A stretch of 64,000 nucleotides of DNA, taken from the IMG/VR virus record IMGVR_UViG_3300042469_000981, one strand, 5' to 3'. The stretch comes from a virus. A model generated the notes under the pieces. It saw only the letters and a program-made list of their open reading frames with translations, was not told the DNA's origin and made no database searches. Of this stretch, positions 44,975-53,888 are shown piece after piece (position 1 is the first letter of the stretch; every line of letters starts with the position of its first letter). A program made the translations under genes and the position numbers.

Positions 44975-46069
44975 TTATTTTCTGTTGTGAAGTGATATTT
45001 TAAAGTTATCTATTTGTAACATACAACCTTTAAAACCAAATCCATTTTCTGCTAAATGTCTATTAATATTTTGTAAAACAAATTGTTCAATGATCTCCTT
45101 AGCTCCTTTATCATTAGCATAGTTTTTATATAAACCAGCACTAAATGGTCTATAATCTCGTTTCCAATCAATCCCTTTATTTAAAAAATAACGGTCTAGT
45201 GTTTTATATGCTTGACTACCTGTATTACCATTTCCCCAATTCATATTACTACTATGTTTATTTAATAAAAGGGCAATTGTTAAACCATATTTATTTAAAT
45301 TAACATTAGACATCATTTCAATAGCTAATCTAATATTGTCTGGTTCTTTACTACTAAACATACTATCTAAAGTATTAACATAATCATCATCTAAGTCAAT
45401 ACCATCTGAGTTAAGTGTTTCTAAGATGTTATCATCCCAAATAATATTACCATGTGGATTTAGAAAATAAAGTTTAATAGTATCAAATACATCTTGAATA
45501 TTTTTTGTTCTGTAAGTATGTTGTTCATGATAATCTTCCCAGACTAAATTTCCTAATGCTTGTTTAAAATCAGATGGATAATCAATATAATCACTGTAGT
45601 TTATAAGTAAACTATATTTTTTTACAAAAAACTCTTCATATTGTTTTACGTAGTTAGGTCGACCACTATTATACTTGTTAATAGTATCTAATAAATCTTT
45701 AGTAAAAGGAACATTAACAATTTTTACTTCTTTACAATTATCAAACCATTTGTAAACATCATTAATAATTTTTTTATCAAAAATAACAGTATCTGAATTT
45801 TCAATAATAGTTGTTTTCTTGATTTTATTTTCCTCTACAAGCATTTTAATTTTATGACGAGGAGCATTAGAACCTTTACCCACATAAATTGTTTTACCTA
45901 TTTTACCATTACCCTCATTATTGAAGATAGTTTTAATGTTGGCTTTATGTTTTTCTAGTTCATCTTTAGTATAAAAAGATTTATGATTACCATCATACCA
46001 ACTGGTGTAAAAATACCCATTATTACCAGGATTACTAAATTTAGGTGAAATACATTTTTCTATTTTCAT
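44975..46069 (-). CDS. Hypothetical protein, possible BRCT-like segment
   Basis: 364 aa; IYVGKGSNAPRHKI...SDTVIF is weakly BRCT-like. Confidence 0.55.
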   Translation of the reverse strand: MKIEKCISPKFSNPGNNGYFYTSWYDGNHKSFYTKDELEKHKANIKTIFNNEGNGKIGKTIYVGKGSNAPRHKIKMLVEENKIKKTTIIENSDTVIFDKKIINDVYKWFDNCKEVKIVNVPFTKDLLDTINKYNSGRPNYVKQYEEFFVKKYSLLINYSDYIDYPSDFKQALGNLVWEDYHEQHTYRTKNIQDVFDTIKLYFLNPHGNIIWDDNILETLNSDGIDLDDDYVNTLDSMFSSKEPDNIRLAIEMMSNVNLNKYGLTIALLLNKHSSNMNWGNGNTGSQAYKTLDRYFLNKGIDWKRDYRPFSAGLYKNYANDKGAKEIIEQFVLQNINRHLAENGFGFKGCMLQIDNFKISLHNRK

Positions 46070-46083
46070 AACTTTTATTTATT

Positions 46084-46114
46084 TAAATATAACAAAGGGG
46101 ATTTGGATAGCCAA
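46084..46114 (-). promoter_or_regulatory. Class I promoter overlapping a terminator hairpin
   Basis: TTGG-N19-TATATTTA; GGGGTTTGG-CTAT-CCAAATCCCC-TTTGTT. Confidence 0.85.
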
Positions 46115-46131
46115 ACCCCCAATGTCGGATC

Positions 46132-47307
46132 TTATTTCATAATATATTTTACTAACTCTTTATCCATAATCATGGTTTTAAATTTACTCATATTATTATT
46201 GTAAATTGACTTAACCATATTATAACAAATATCAGTAGTAAAAATTTCTTCAGTAACTAGTTTAGAAATTCTATTAATGGTATCTTTTTCAACTGGATTA
46301 TTTTTAGAATAAAAATCCAAATAGTTTATAACCCTAGTAGATAATGTTGAGGCAATATCTGCTCTATATTTAGCATCTTTACCAACTAAACCTTTCAAAG
46401 TAGTCATAACATATTTTTCATCCTGTTTAAAGATATTCTCAGGTGAAATCATTTTGTCCAACTTGTTATTAATAAACATAGTAAACAAACTACTAAATTC
46501 TGGTCCAACTGAACCCTCTCCAATCATTTGAATCAAAGGCAAACTATCATCAAACGATTTAAGTGAAGAAATAGAATTAAAGAACATAGATACACTTCTA
46601 CTATTAACATCTGTAGTAACTAGTTCTGGATGCATCAATAGGAAGTTAATACATCGACCATCAATATCATTCTCCTCAGCCCACTTACCCCAACAATCAA
46701 TATCAAATTTCAAGTTGACACTAATAAATCGAGTCTTTTGAGCATTATCAATACTATTAACTAAATAATCTCCATTATCAGGATTGGCAGTAAGAATAAT
46801 ATGCCAATCTTTAGGCAATGACCAACTAACATATTGTTGACGGTCAATAAGTTCCATAATAGCTTGAATAAACCTAACATCAGCTCTATTCCAGTCATCC
46901 AAAAGCAAAATTCCACCTTTTTCTTTATTAGCAATCCATTCAGGTGGGCAATAACTCATTCTGTTTTGACCAGTTGAATTATACCCTAGTTTAAGGTATT
47001 CATCTAATGTATGTTCATCAATCCAAGTCTTTTCATTATTGATTTCAACTTCAAATTGACGGATTGGAAAACCTACCAAGTCACCAATTTCTTCAATTTG
47101 GGCTAAGTTCAACTTAACAAAGTTAAGATTCTGTTCTTTTGCCAATTGAATAATGGCTGATGTTTTACCAATACCACTCTCACCAATTACTTCTACACTA
47201 ACAGGTGACTTACCTTGTTCTTGCAAATAACGATTATTTGCGATGATGTGACCTAAGAAATCCTTAAGTTCGTTTACGTTGATTGAAATAAGATCCTTTT
47301 TTTTCAT
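46132..47307 (-). CDS. MoxR-like AAA+ ATPase
   Basis: GESGIGKT; EIGDLVGFP; PPEW; LLLDDWNRA; ILTANP; RF. Confidence 0.88.
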   Translation of the reverse strand: MKKKDLISINVNELKDFLGHIIANNRYLQEQGKSPVSVEVIGESGIGKTSAIIQLAKEQNLNFVKLNLAQIEEIGDLVGFPIRQFEVEINNEKTWIDEHTLDEYLKLGYNSTGQNRMSYCPPEWIANKEKGGILLLDDWNRADVRFIQAIMELIDRQQYVSWSLPKDWHIILTANPDNGDYLVNSIDNAQKTRFISVNLKFDIDCWGKWAEENDIDGRCINFLLMHPELVTTDVNSRSVSMFFNSISSLKSFDDSLPLIQMIGEGSVGPEFSSLFTMFINNKLDKMISPENIFKQDEKYVMTTLKGLVGKDAKYRADIASTLSTRVINYLDFYSKNNPVEKDTINRISKLVTEEIFTTDICYNMVKSIYNNNMSKFKTMIMDKELVKYIMK

Positions 47308-47333
47308 AACTTTTATTTATTATTTTTTATTTA

Positions 47334-47504
47334 TTATTTAACTTCTTCCTCTTTTCCGAAAAAAATACTTCCGAAAGAAAACCCAAAACAAAATAGAGCA
47401 GCCAATTCTAAAGTTTCAAGACCCAATTGTCCAAATCCCATAGCGATCAAAAATGAACTAACTCCCAAAATCGCCAATTTGTTGTTTTTGCTAATGTTTT
47501 TCAT
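47334..47504 (-). CDS. Small two-TM membrane protein (56 aa)
   Basis: Not in the ORF track; MKNISKNNKLAILGVSSFLIAMGFG...; follows a class I promoter with a GGTTATG start. Confidence 0.7.
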   Translation of the reverse strand: MKNISKNNKLAILGVSSFLIAMGFGQLGLETLELAALFCFGFSFGSIFFGKEEEVK

Positions 47505-47531
47505 AACCTTTTATCGTTTTTTATTATGACA

Positions 47532-47562
47532 TAAATATAACATCCCATGTTGATGAGGCCAA
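47532..47562 (-). promoter_or_regulatory. Class I promoter
   Basis: TTGG-N19-TATATTTA. Confidence 0.85.
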
Positions 47563-47662
47563 ACCTTTCTTTTCTTTCTCCACAAATTTGGCTTGCCCTT
47601 CCCCAACCCATCTATCCGTATATACTAATATATAATATTACATTGGATAAATAAACTAGCCA

Positions 47663-48166
47663 TTAGTCTAGTCTACCAAACATAGGTCCCATTTCCCTAA
47701 CCAATTGAATCGCCTCGGATAAATCAATATCAAAAAACTCACGGTCATTACGAATCCTAACATCGTTTAGCTTCAAATGAATAGCCTGTTCAAAATCATA
47801 TGGACGAGAACATTTATAATCAAAAGCCAAATCCCAATCATTAACAACACCAGCACCATTTATTTTTTGCAAACGATATTGTGGTGATGAGGTAGTAAAA
47901 CCAATTTTACAATTTCCAGGATACTGTTTATTAGTCAGGATATACACATATCCGCCAAGTCCATTCTTACGTGACTCGTCAGTGTTATGAGAACCTATAT
48001 AACGGAAATAAAGAATATCCTCCCACCCGTCACCTAAAGGTGAAGGTACTCTTGTATGGTGAGTGACTTTAGTTAAGCGATGACCCCCATCTCCATCCGG
48101 CTTGATATTAACAGGAACAAACTCGGGATTGTCTAAAATCTTTTCGGGTGGGAAAAAGATACTCAT
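47663..48166 (-). CDS. T5orf172 (GIY-YIG-like) domain protein
   Basis: GYVYIL.N..YP..CKIGFT; EQAIH..L..R..REFF; start revised to MSIFF (TAATG overlap). Confidence 0.8.
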   Translation of the reverse strand: MSIFFPPEKILDNPEFVPVNIKPDGDGGHRLTKVTHHTRVPSPLGDGWEDILYFRYIGSHNTDESRKNGLGGYVYILTNKQYPGNCKIGFTTSSPQYRLQKINGAGVVNDWDLAFDYKCSRPYDFEQAIHLKLNDVRIRNDREFFDIDLSEAIQLVREMGPMFGRLD

Positions 48167-48357
48167 TATATAGTGGGATTTATAGTTTGCATGACAGTTG
48201 TCCAATCAATCATGTTAGTGGTTAATATACCGTGTTTAACACGTATAAACGCACTGAACCGTGCCTGGTAATCATTGCAAGGTGATGATTTAAGAGAGGA
48301 CAAACAGTCGGGACAGTTCTGGATTATTTTGATTGCTTTGAGAGTGATTTCATTCAT
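48166..48357 (-). CDS. Hypothetical protein (63 aa)
   Basis: GGTTATG start context. Confidence 0.55.
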   Translation of the reverse strand: MNEITLKAIKIIQNCPDCLSSLKSSPCNDYQARFSAFIRVKHGILTTNMIDWTTVMQTINPTI

Positions 48358-48361
48358 AACC

Positions 48362-48559
48362 TTACTTGCCAAATTGTTTAAACTGTTCATAAACAAAATC
48401 AACCATAATATCTTGGTTTGTGTTTGGGTAATGGTGAACCAAATACTTTACAAAACGTAAACGTTCTTGACCTTCTTCCATTAACTCGGGGTGGTGAACT
48501 TCTACCATAGCATCACTTAACATGCTTTGAATTACTAAACTTACTCTAACTTTATCCAT
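48362..48559 (-). CDS. Hypothetical protein (65 aa)
   Basis: Start revised to MDKVRV, downstream of a class I promoter. Confidence 0.65.
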   Translation of the reverse strand: MDKVRVSLVIQSMLSDAMVEVHHPELMEEGQERLRFVKYLVHHYPNTNQDIMVDFVYEQFKQFGK

Positions 48560-48574
48560 AACCTTTATTATACT

Positions 48575-48605
48575 TAAATATAACATCCCTCTCTTCAAGA
48601 GCCAA
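48575..48605 (-). promoter_or_regulatory. Class I promoter
   Basis: TTGG-N19-TATATTTA. Confidence 0.85.
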
Positions 48606-48689
48606 ACATTTTGTTTAACCATCTGGATATCTTTTTGAATATCCAAACAATTGTGTAGCACCAACAGAAAATATAAAACAACATCATCA

Positions 48690-49226
48690 TTATTTTACCT
48701 CAAAACCAAACCAAACTGAACGATATAATCCAAGCGCATTCTCATTTGTATTAGCATATAATACTCCATTTATTACTGCTACTGCATGTCCTTGAATAAT
48801 TAATACAAATCGACCTACTGGATTATTTTCGATAAATGATTTTACTGTATATCCTGTTTGTTTTTTGTACTTAGGATTAGTCAATATTTTATTACTTCCG
48901 GTAACTTTCTGCCAACATACTTTAGCTGGATTTAAACCCATAAATCCAATTTTGTAACCATTTTTTGTTTTGCCTTCAATCAATTGAATAGCTTTACCTG
49001 TGTAAGTACCTTTACAATCTTCACGGTTCATATTCTTTTTAACCCATGCGTGCGCTTGATCATATGGAATATCTAAAGCAGCCATAAACGCTCTAACAAC
49101 ACAATCATTATTCTCTTTTTTAGCTAAATCACTTTGTTTTTTAGCTAATTTAATAGTATCAACAAACAAACCTTTTTTTAAAACCTCAATTTCTTTTCCG
49201 AAGTGATTTATTTTTTCTGTGATCAT
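48690..49226 (-). CDS. Conserved-type phage protein with DCVVRA...GHAVAV (possible Cys/His hydrolase)
   Basis: 178 aa ORF. Confidence 0.6.
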   Translation of the reverse strand: MITEKINHFGKEIEVLKKGLFVDTIKLAKKQSDLAKKENNDCVVRAFMAALDIPYDQAHAWVKKNMNREDCKGTYTGKAIQLIEGKTKNGYKIGFMGLNPAKVCWQKVTGSNKILTNPKYKKQTGYTVKSFIENNPVGRFVLIIQGHAVAVINGVLYANTNENALGLYRSVWFGFEVK

Positions 49227-49244
49227 ATAACCTTTATTATGACA

Positions 49245-49275
49245 TAAATATATGTATATATTCTTGGGAGGCCAA
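49245..49275 (-). promoter_or_regulatory. Class I promoter
   Basis: TTGG-N19-TATATTTA. Confidence 0.85.
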
Positions 49276-49440
49276 ACTTCTTTTTAAGATCTCTTCTTTT
49301 GTTCCTTTGGATTTTTAAAAAAATTGCCCATATGGAAACTGTGGGGTGATGTGGGGGATATAAGTATATACTTGTCGATGGGTTAGTTTTTATTTACGAT
49401 CTAAAAATCGATCTAATGCCCTTTTTCCACATATCCAACA

Positions 49441-49518
49441 TTACGGTGATATCAACGCACGTGGTCTATATTACGTGCACCGTACGTACGTACGCAGGCA
49501 GTACACCGTACGGCGTAC
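49441..49518. repeat. Non-coding cluster of palindromes and GTAC repeats
   Basis: CGTACGTACGTACG; GTAC-A-CCGTACGG-C-GTAC; GCACGT/ACGTGC; TACGGTG/CACCGTA. Confidence 0.85.
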
Positions 49519-49552
49519 CACCCTATAATAAAATAAAATAAAGGTCCTGTTT

Positions 49553-49693
49553 TTAAAATCCCGCGGCTTTGTAAAGGGCAATCACGGTGGCGGCTAAAAA
49601 CAACACAACCGATGCTAGTGCTGTTGTTCCAATCAGTGTTTGTTTAAATGCACTTGTTAGTGTATTGTTTTTAATTACTGTTTTCATCATCAT
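49553..49693 (-). CDS. Small membrane protein (46 aa)
   Basis: Start revised to lie downstream of the class I promoter; one TM helix. Confidence 0.6.
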   Translation of the reverse strand: MMMKTVIKNNTLTSAFKQTLIGTTALASVVLFLAATVIALYKAAGF

Positions 49694-49710
49694 ATTATTT
49701 TTATTGTACT

Positions 49711-49741
49711 TAAATATAACATCTGTGTTTGGTGAGGCCAA
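49711..49741 (-). promoter_or_regulatory. Class I promoter
   Basis: TTGG-N19-TATATTTA. Confidence 0.85.
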
Positions 49742-49743
49742 AA

Positions 49744-50193
49744 TTAAGCAGCTATTACTTCAACCTCATTCATTACATAGGCTTTGTCGGCCCATGTTTT
49801 AGCATTAACAGCACTATATTGGAACTGATTATATAGGGCAGTTTTGCTTAGGTCCTGGTTAATATCACCTACAGTCATTTCACTCAACATTGCTTCTGCA
49901 ATCCATATTTTCTTACCTGAGCGAGCAAATACAGTAACCTCAAATTCATAATCATCAGCCTTCATAATGCGGGCAATAGATTGAATAGCTTTAACTTTGT
50001 AGTTGCGTAAGGCATTTATAGCGCTTGAAGTCTCAACAACGCTAGTAACCATAAACCCAGCTTGGCATTTAGTTATTACACGATATTTACCTGCATCACA
50101 TATTGACTCACCCTCACCGTCCTTGTTAAAGAAACCTAATACTTTCAAATCTCTGTTTTTAACCGCGATAACTAATTTGTTTGTGTTTTTCAT
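49744..50193 (-). CDS. Hypothetical early protein
   Basis: 149 aa; class I promoter and GGTTATG start. Confidence 0.75.
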   Translation of the reverse strand: MKNTNKLVIAVKNRDLKVLGFFNKDGEGESICDAGKYRVITKCQAGFMVTSVVETSSAINALRNYKVKAIQSIARIMKADDYEFEVTVFARSGKKIWIAEAMLSEMTVGDINQDLSKTALYNQFQYSAVNAKTWADKAYVMNEVEVIAA

Positions 50194-50219
50194 AACCTTT
50201 ATTTATTTTTATTATGCTA

Positions 50220-50250
50220 TAAATATAACATCACCCATCGCGAAGGCCAA
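50220..50250 (-). promoter_or_regulatory. Class I promoter
   Basis: TTGG-N19-TATATTTA. Confidence 0.85.
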
Positions 50251-50296
50251 GCGAGAGGTGCGAGGTTTTTAAGAGAGGTATATATTTTTTTATATA

Positions 50297-50357
50297 GTGT
50301 AGGGCTTGGCCGCGCGCGGAAAAGGGGTTAACCCGCCCAACACTTTATACCCTACAC
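50297..50357. repeat. GC-rich nested palindrome block
   Basis: GTGTAGGG...CCCTACAC enclosing CCGCGCGCGG and GGGTTAACCC. Confidence 0.85.
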
Positions 50358-50415
50358 CACACCCGTATTCTGTCACATACAATACAAATATAATAATATT
50401 TTGATATCCGTATTA

Positions 50416-50685
50416 TTATGGTTCGTCATGTTTGCGTGCATTAGCATAGATGTTATAGCGTTCATATAGGTGTGTTAACTCGTCTATTAACTCATTCCTC
50501 TCATCCAATGTCAATTCATGCATCATCGATTGAATGTCATCTAATACACCTACTAGTTGCATTATTGCTATCTGTTCATCCGTCACGTCCCGCTTATTGT
50601 TTAACCATTCATTTAAACTATCGGCTGTTTCCTTATCCAATGCCATATCTAATTTATCCCGTAACGCATTTATATCTAATTCCAT
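50416..50685 (-). CDS. Hypothetical protein
   Basis: 89 aa ORF. Confidence 0.6.
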   Translation of the reverse strand: MELDINALRDKLDMALDKETADSLNEWLNNKRDVTDEQIAIMQLVGVLDDIQSMMHELTLDERNELIDELTHLYERYNIYANARKHDEP

Positions 50686-50771
50686 TATTGTATTTTCATC
50701 ATTGCTTGTTTATCTGGATTATTATTATTCGTCATCGTCATCATCCTCCTGTTTGTTTATTGTTACTCATA

Positions 50772-51047
50772 TTAACTTCCAAATGTTGGTCTGCTAATAT
50801 CCATCCATACACTACACACAATAAGGTTTAGTCCAATCATGTAAACTCTAACATGATTATTCTTATTGAATACTTCTTTAGGAGTACCTTTTCTTTTACC
50901 GACTGCTTCATATGTTTTTGCCCACACACCTAATTTTAATGTGCTTTTTAGCTGACGTAGTTCGTAGTCGGTGTAGTCTCCGTCTTCCCATCTGTGACGG
51001 AGTACAAAGTTAACTGTAAACCATTTGTTTCTAATCTTACTTATCAT
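50772..51047 (-). CDS. Hypothetical protein
   Basis: 91 aa ORF. Confidence 0.65.
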   Translation of the reverse strand: MISKIRNKWFTVNFVLRHRWEDGDYTDYELRQLKSTLKLGVWAKTYEAVGKRKGTPKEVFNKNNHVRVYMIGLNLIVCSVWMDISRPTFGS

Positions 51048-51050
51048 TGT

Positions 51051-51356
51051 TTATTTTTTAAATACTTCCATTAAATCATTTAGTGACACACCACCATTAC
51101 CCTCTTTTATTTTATATAATTCAGCTTGTACCTCATCATAAAAATTTATTCTATCCATAATAAAAGCAGCATCACTCTCTACTGCCATAAATTCTAATGT
51201 TAGTATAATTCGTTTAACACTTAGTAAAGCACATTCAATACCTTCCTTGTAACGCGAATCACAACTATTACATCCACCATACATGTAACCATTGTTTGGT
51301 AACATGAAATAATAATCATGAACAATTTCTAATGCTGCTTTTTGATGTGGACTCAT
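51051..51356 (-). CDS. Hypothetical protein
   Basis: 101 aa ORF. Confidence 0.65.
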   Translation of the reverse strand: MSPHQKAALEIVHDYYFMLPNNGYMYGGCNSCDSRYKEGIECALLSVKRIILTLEFMAVESDAAFIMDRINFYDEVQAELYKIKEGNGGVSLNDLMEVFKK

Positions 51357-51425
51357 TACTTCTTTAACTTATCGTTTATAGCACCTAGGTAAAGTATCAC
51401 TATTATTAATAAAAATATAACCATA

Positions 51426-51713
51426 CTATTTCAATTTAACTAATTCACTGATTAACATAGCAACATCATCTGTTGTTTGACGAGGCATAACGTCTGTATC
51501 TCCATTGGTCAATATAACCCAATTATCACCATCCCAAATCATCCAATCATCATTACTGTTCCAAGCTGCTACTTCTGCTGTTGTTTCGCCTTGATCACTG
51601 TAATTATACTTACTGAATTGAACACTAATAGTACACCCGTTATCAAATGTCATTTGAAACCCATGGTGAAATTCATTATTTTCTGCTTTAAATTTCATAT
51701 TAATTTTCTTCAT
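51426..51713 (-). CDS. Hypothetical phage protein (GFQMTFDNGCTISVQF)
   Basis: 95 aa ORF. Confidence 0.7.
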   Translation of the reverse strand: MKKINMKFKAENNEFHHGFQMTFDNGCTISVQFSKYNYSDQGETTAEVAAWNSNDDWMIWDGDNWVILTNGDTDVMPRQTTDDVAMLISELVKLK

Positions 51714-52515
51714 TAATTATTACATTACCATAAACAATTTTACTGTTGTTCAATTCATAGTACATTTTATTATCAACTAAACCATTTCTGTTTTTAGTAA
51801 AGTTAATATATGTACCTGAACCATCACGTTCTGATTCGCGGCGCATCTCTCCCATTGCATCAACTAAATGTTTCAATTTGTTTGAACCTGCAAATACACC
51901 TGCTTTAGTAACTTGTTGAATCAACATAAACGAAGTGTATTTATTTGATTTGTTCTCACCTTTATTATTCTTGATACAAACATCAACCAACCATGACTCA
52001 GCCATTTTACGATCCCAATTGTTATCATCACGAACACCATCAATAATTTCAGCTGCTGAATCCATCAATACTAAATCATAACCCATATTTAAAACCTGTT
52101 CAATAACATCTTTAGTGTTGTACTCTAAATAATCTTGCATAAACAATGTTTCAATATTTCCAAATTGTGGGAAACGTTGAGTGTATTTGAACATTTGTTT
52201 CTTACCCATTTCACCTGAAATGAATAAACATTTAGCTCCTTTATTTTGAGCACCTGCTAATACATCCAACAATACAGTTGTTTTACCTACACCCGGATCA
52301 CCAATCATCATAATATTAGTTGCGGCCGGAATACCTCCTTCATGTGAAATCAAATCATCAACTTTCAAACCTGATCTCATAGTAAACATCATTTTAGGAT
52401 CGATGTTTAAATCATTCAATTTAGTAACTTTACTAAAATCAATTAGTGATGGAGTGTAAGTTACATTTTTAGTGCTTGGGCGACCTTTTCTTTTTACTAC
52501 GTTTACGTTTTGCAT
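51700..52515 (-). CDS. RecA-fold ATPase, RadA/Sms-like core only
   Basis: GDPGVGKT; LFISGE; LMDS; QVTKAG.FAGSNKLKHLVD; KNRNG. Confidence 0.8.
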   Translation of the reverse strand: MQNVNVVKRKGRPSTKNVTYTPSLIDFSKVTKLNDLNIDPKMMFTMRSGLKVDDLISHEGGIPAATNIMMIGDPGVGKTTVLLDVLAGAQNKGAKCLFISGEMGKKQMFKYTQRFPQFGNIETLFMQDYLEYNTKDVIEQVLNMGYDLVLMDSAAEIIDGVRDDNNWDRKMAESWLVDVCIKNNKGENKSNKYTSFMLIQQVTKAGVFAGSNKLKHLVDAMGEMRRESERDGSGTYINFTKNRNGLVDNKMYYELNNSKIVYGNVIINEEN

Positions 52516-52537
52516 AACCTTTATTTTTATTATGCTA

Positions 52538-52568
52538 TAAATATAACATCACATTTCGGCAAGGCCAA
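52538..52568 (-). promoter_or_regulatory. Class I promoter
   Basis: TTGG-N19-TATATTTA. Confidence 0.85.
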
Positions 52569-52664
52569 GCAAGAGGTTAAAAAAGGATCAAAGGGAAAGA
52601 TACCATAATACCTAACCAAATAACTAGGTAAATAAATGTCTTAACCTCATGCCAGTCTATTTTT

Positions 52665-52862
52665 TTATATGAATGTCTCACCCCATTCATCATCTATAAG
52701 TTCATTTTTCTTCCAACTATCCTCATTTATGGCTTTATATTCATCAGGCGCCATACCTTTCATAAGCATGTAGGCCTCAAAGTCAATATCAAGTAATCTC
52801 CACTTATCATTCCACTCTCTAATCCACGTTTGTCTATGTTGTTCAAATTCCTGTTGTGTCAT
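52665..52862 (-). CDS. Hypothetical protein
   Basis: 65 aa ORF in a tiled operon. Confidence 0.6.
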   Translation of the reverse strand: MTQQEFEQHRQTWIREWNDKWRLLDIDFEAYMLMKGMAPDEYKAINEDSWKKNELIDDEWGETFI

Positions 52863-53025
52863 TATTATCTTGTTTTAGGTCCCAATATATAGGCATAAAA
52901 ATAATACCACTAGATAAATGAGCCATACCCATTGGAATGTTTCCTGTTACTAAAAAAGATAATCCAACACTAATGTTACCTATAATTCCTACAAGTACAG
53001 TTATTTTAAATATTTTATTTTTCAT
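52843..53025 (-). CDS. Small two-TM membrane protein
   Basis: Two hydrophobic segments. Confidence 0.6.
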   Translation of the reverse strand: MKNKIFKITVLVGIIGNISVGLSFLVTGNIPMGMAHLSSGIIFMPIYWDLKQDNNDTTGI

Positions 53026-53317
53026 TATATTCCTCCCAATTACTATAAGTTAATCCCCACTGTAAGCTAAACCATTGCATTTCTCTTTCTGCTACCTTAG
53101 CATACATCCTTAAATTCTTCATAAGGTATTTCTTACCCCACTTCTTAAATTCTTCTCCTTGCTGGACAGTCATTGAGTATTCTTGAAACCATTTTTCTTT
53201 ACCTAAGATATCATCATAAGTAACATTATGGCCGGCAATAATAAACATCTGATTGATTAGATCAACAACTGCTTTTTCTTTCTTCTCTTCTCTACTTAAT
53301 CGTTTTTTAGTCTCCAT
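53015..53317 (-). CDS. Hypothetical protein
   Basis: 100 aa ORF. Confidence 0.65.
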   Translation of the reverse strand: METKKRLSREEKKEKAVVDLINQMFIIAGHNVTYDDILGKEKWFQEYSMTVQQGEEFKKWGKKYLMKNLRMYAKVAEREMQWFSLQWGLTYSNWEEYNEK

Positions 53318-53667
53318 AATTCATAATTACTATTTCGTGTTTTGAATTTAACATAACCATCTTGGTTTTCCAAAATTTCTGTAATAGAAGTTGTTAACCA
53401 AGTAAAACTTATTCGGTGTGGATCTAATATACAAGATAAACCAATTTGGGGTTCCTTATGTAATTCACTAAACCTACCATTGTATCCCCATTCAATCCAT
53501 CCCATCTCTCTTCCATAATGTGTTAAACCATCACGTTCACGAACTAGTTTATATTTAGCGTTAGCATTAGGATCACCAAACAGTATCTTACCTACTTCAT
53601 CATCCATTTTTAGATTACCATTCTCATCTTGAGTTAGGTATATTTTGTCTTGTTTAATCTTGCTCAT
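53296..53667 (-). CDS. Hypothetical protein (start MSKIKQDK)
   Basis: Start revised to the ATG inside the 17-bp repeat. Confidence 0.65.
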   Translation of the reverse strand: MSKIKQDKIYLTQDENGNLKMDDEVGKILFGDPNANAKYKLVRERDGLTHYGREMGWIEWGYNGRFSELHKEPQIGLSCILDPHRISFTWLTTSITEILENQDGYVKFKTRNSNYELWRLKND

Positions 53668-53866
53668 CGTTGTACTTATTTTTTTCATGTATAGTGAATT
53701 TGCTATTTGGACCTTCTTTTATCCTTGCTAATTTCAACTTAGCACTCATCTCTTCATAGATCTTATCAAAACCTTCACCACTCTCTTTTGAGAGTTCGTA
53801 CTGCTCTTCAGTAAGTTCTACTTCATAGATGCGTTCAGTTCTTTCTATTCTAATTAATTTAGGCAT
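53654..53866 (-). CDS. Hypothetical protein flanked by 17-bp direct repeats
   Basis: 70 aa; TGTTTAATCTTGCTCAT at 53651-53667 and 53876-53892. Confidence 0.65.
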   Translation of the reverse strand: MPKLIRIERTERIYEVELTEEQYELSKESGEGFDKIYEEMSAKLKLARIKEGPNSKFTIHEKNKYNDEQD

Positions 53867-53888
53867 TTTTTAATTTGTTTAATCTTGC

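Noticed and set aside
47588-47626. Plus-strand class I promoter (TTTGGC...TATATAC)
   Set aside because: Spacing is 27 nt rather than 19, and no plus-strand gene follows
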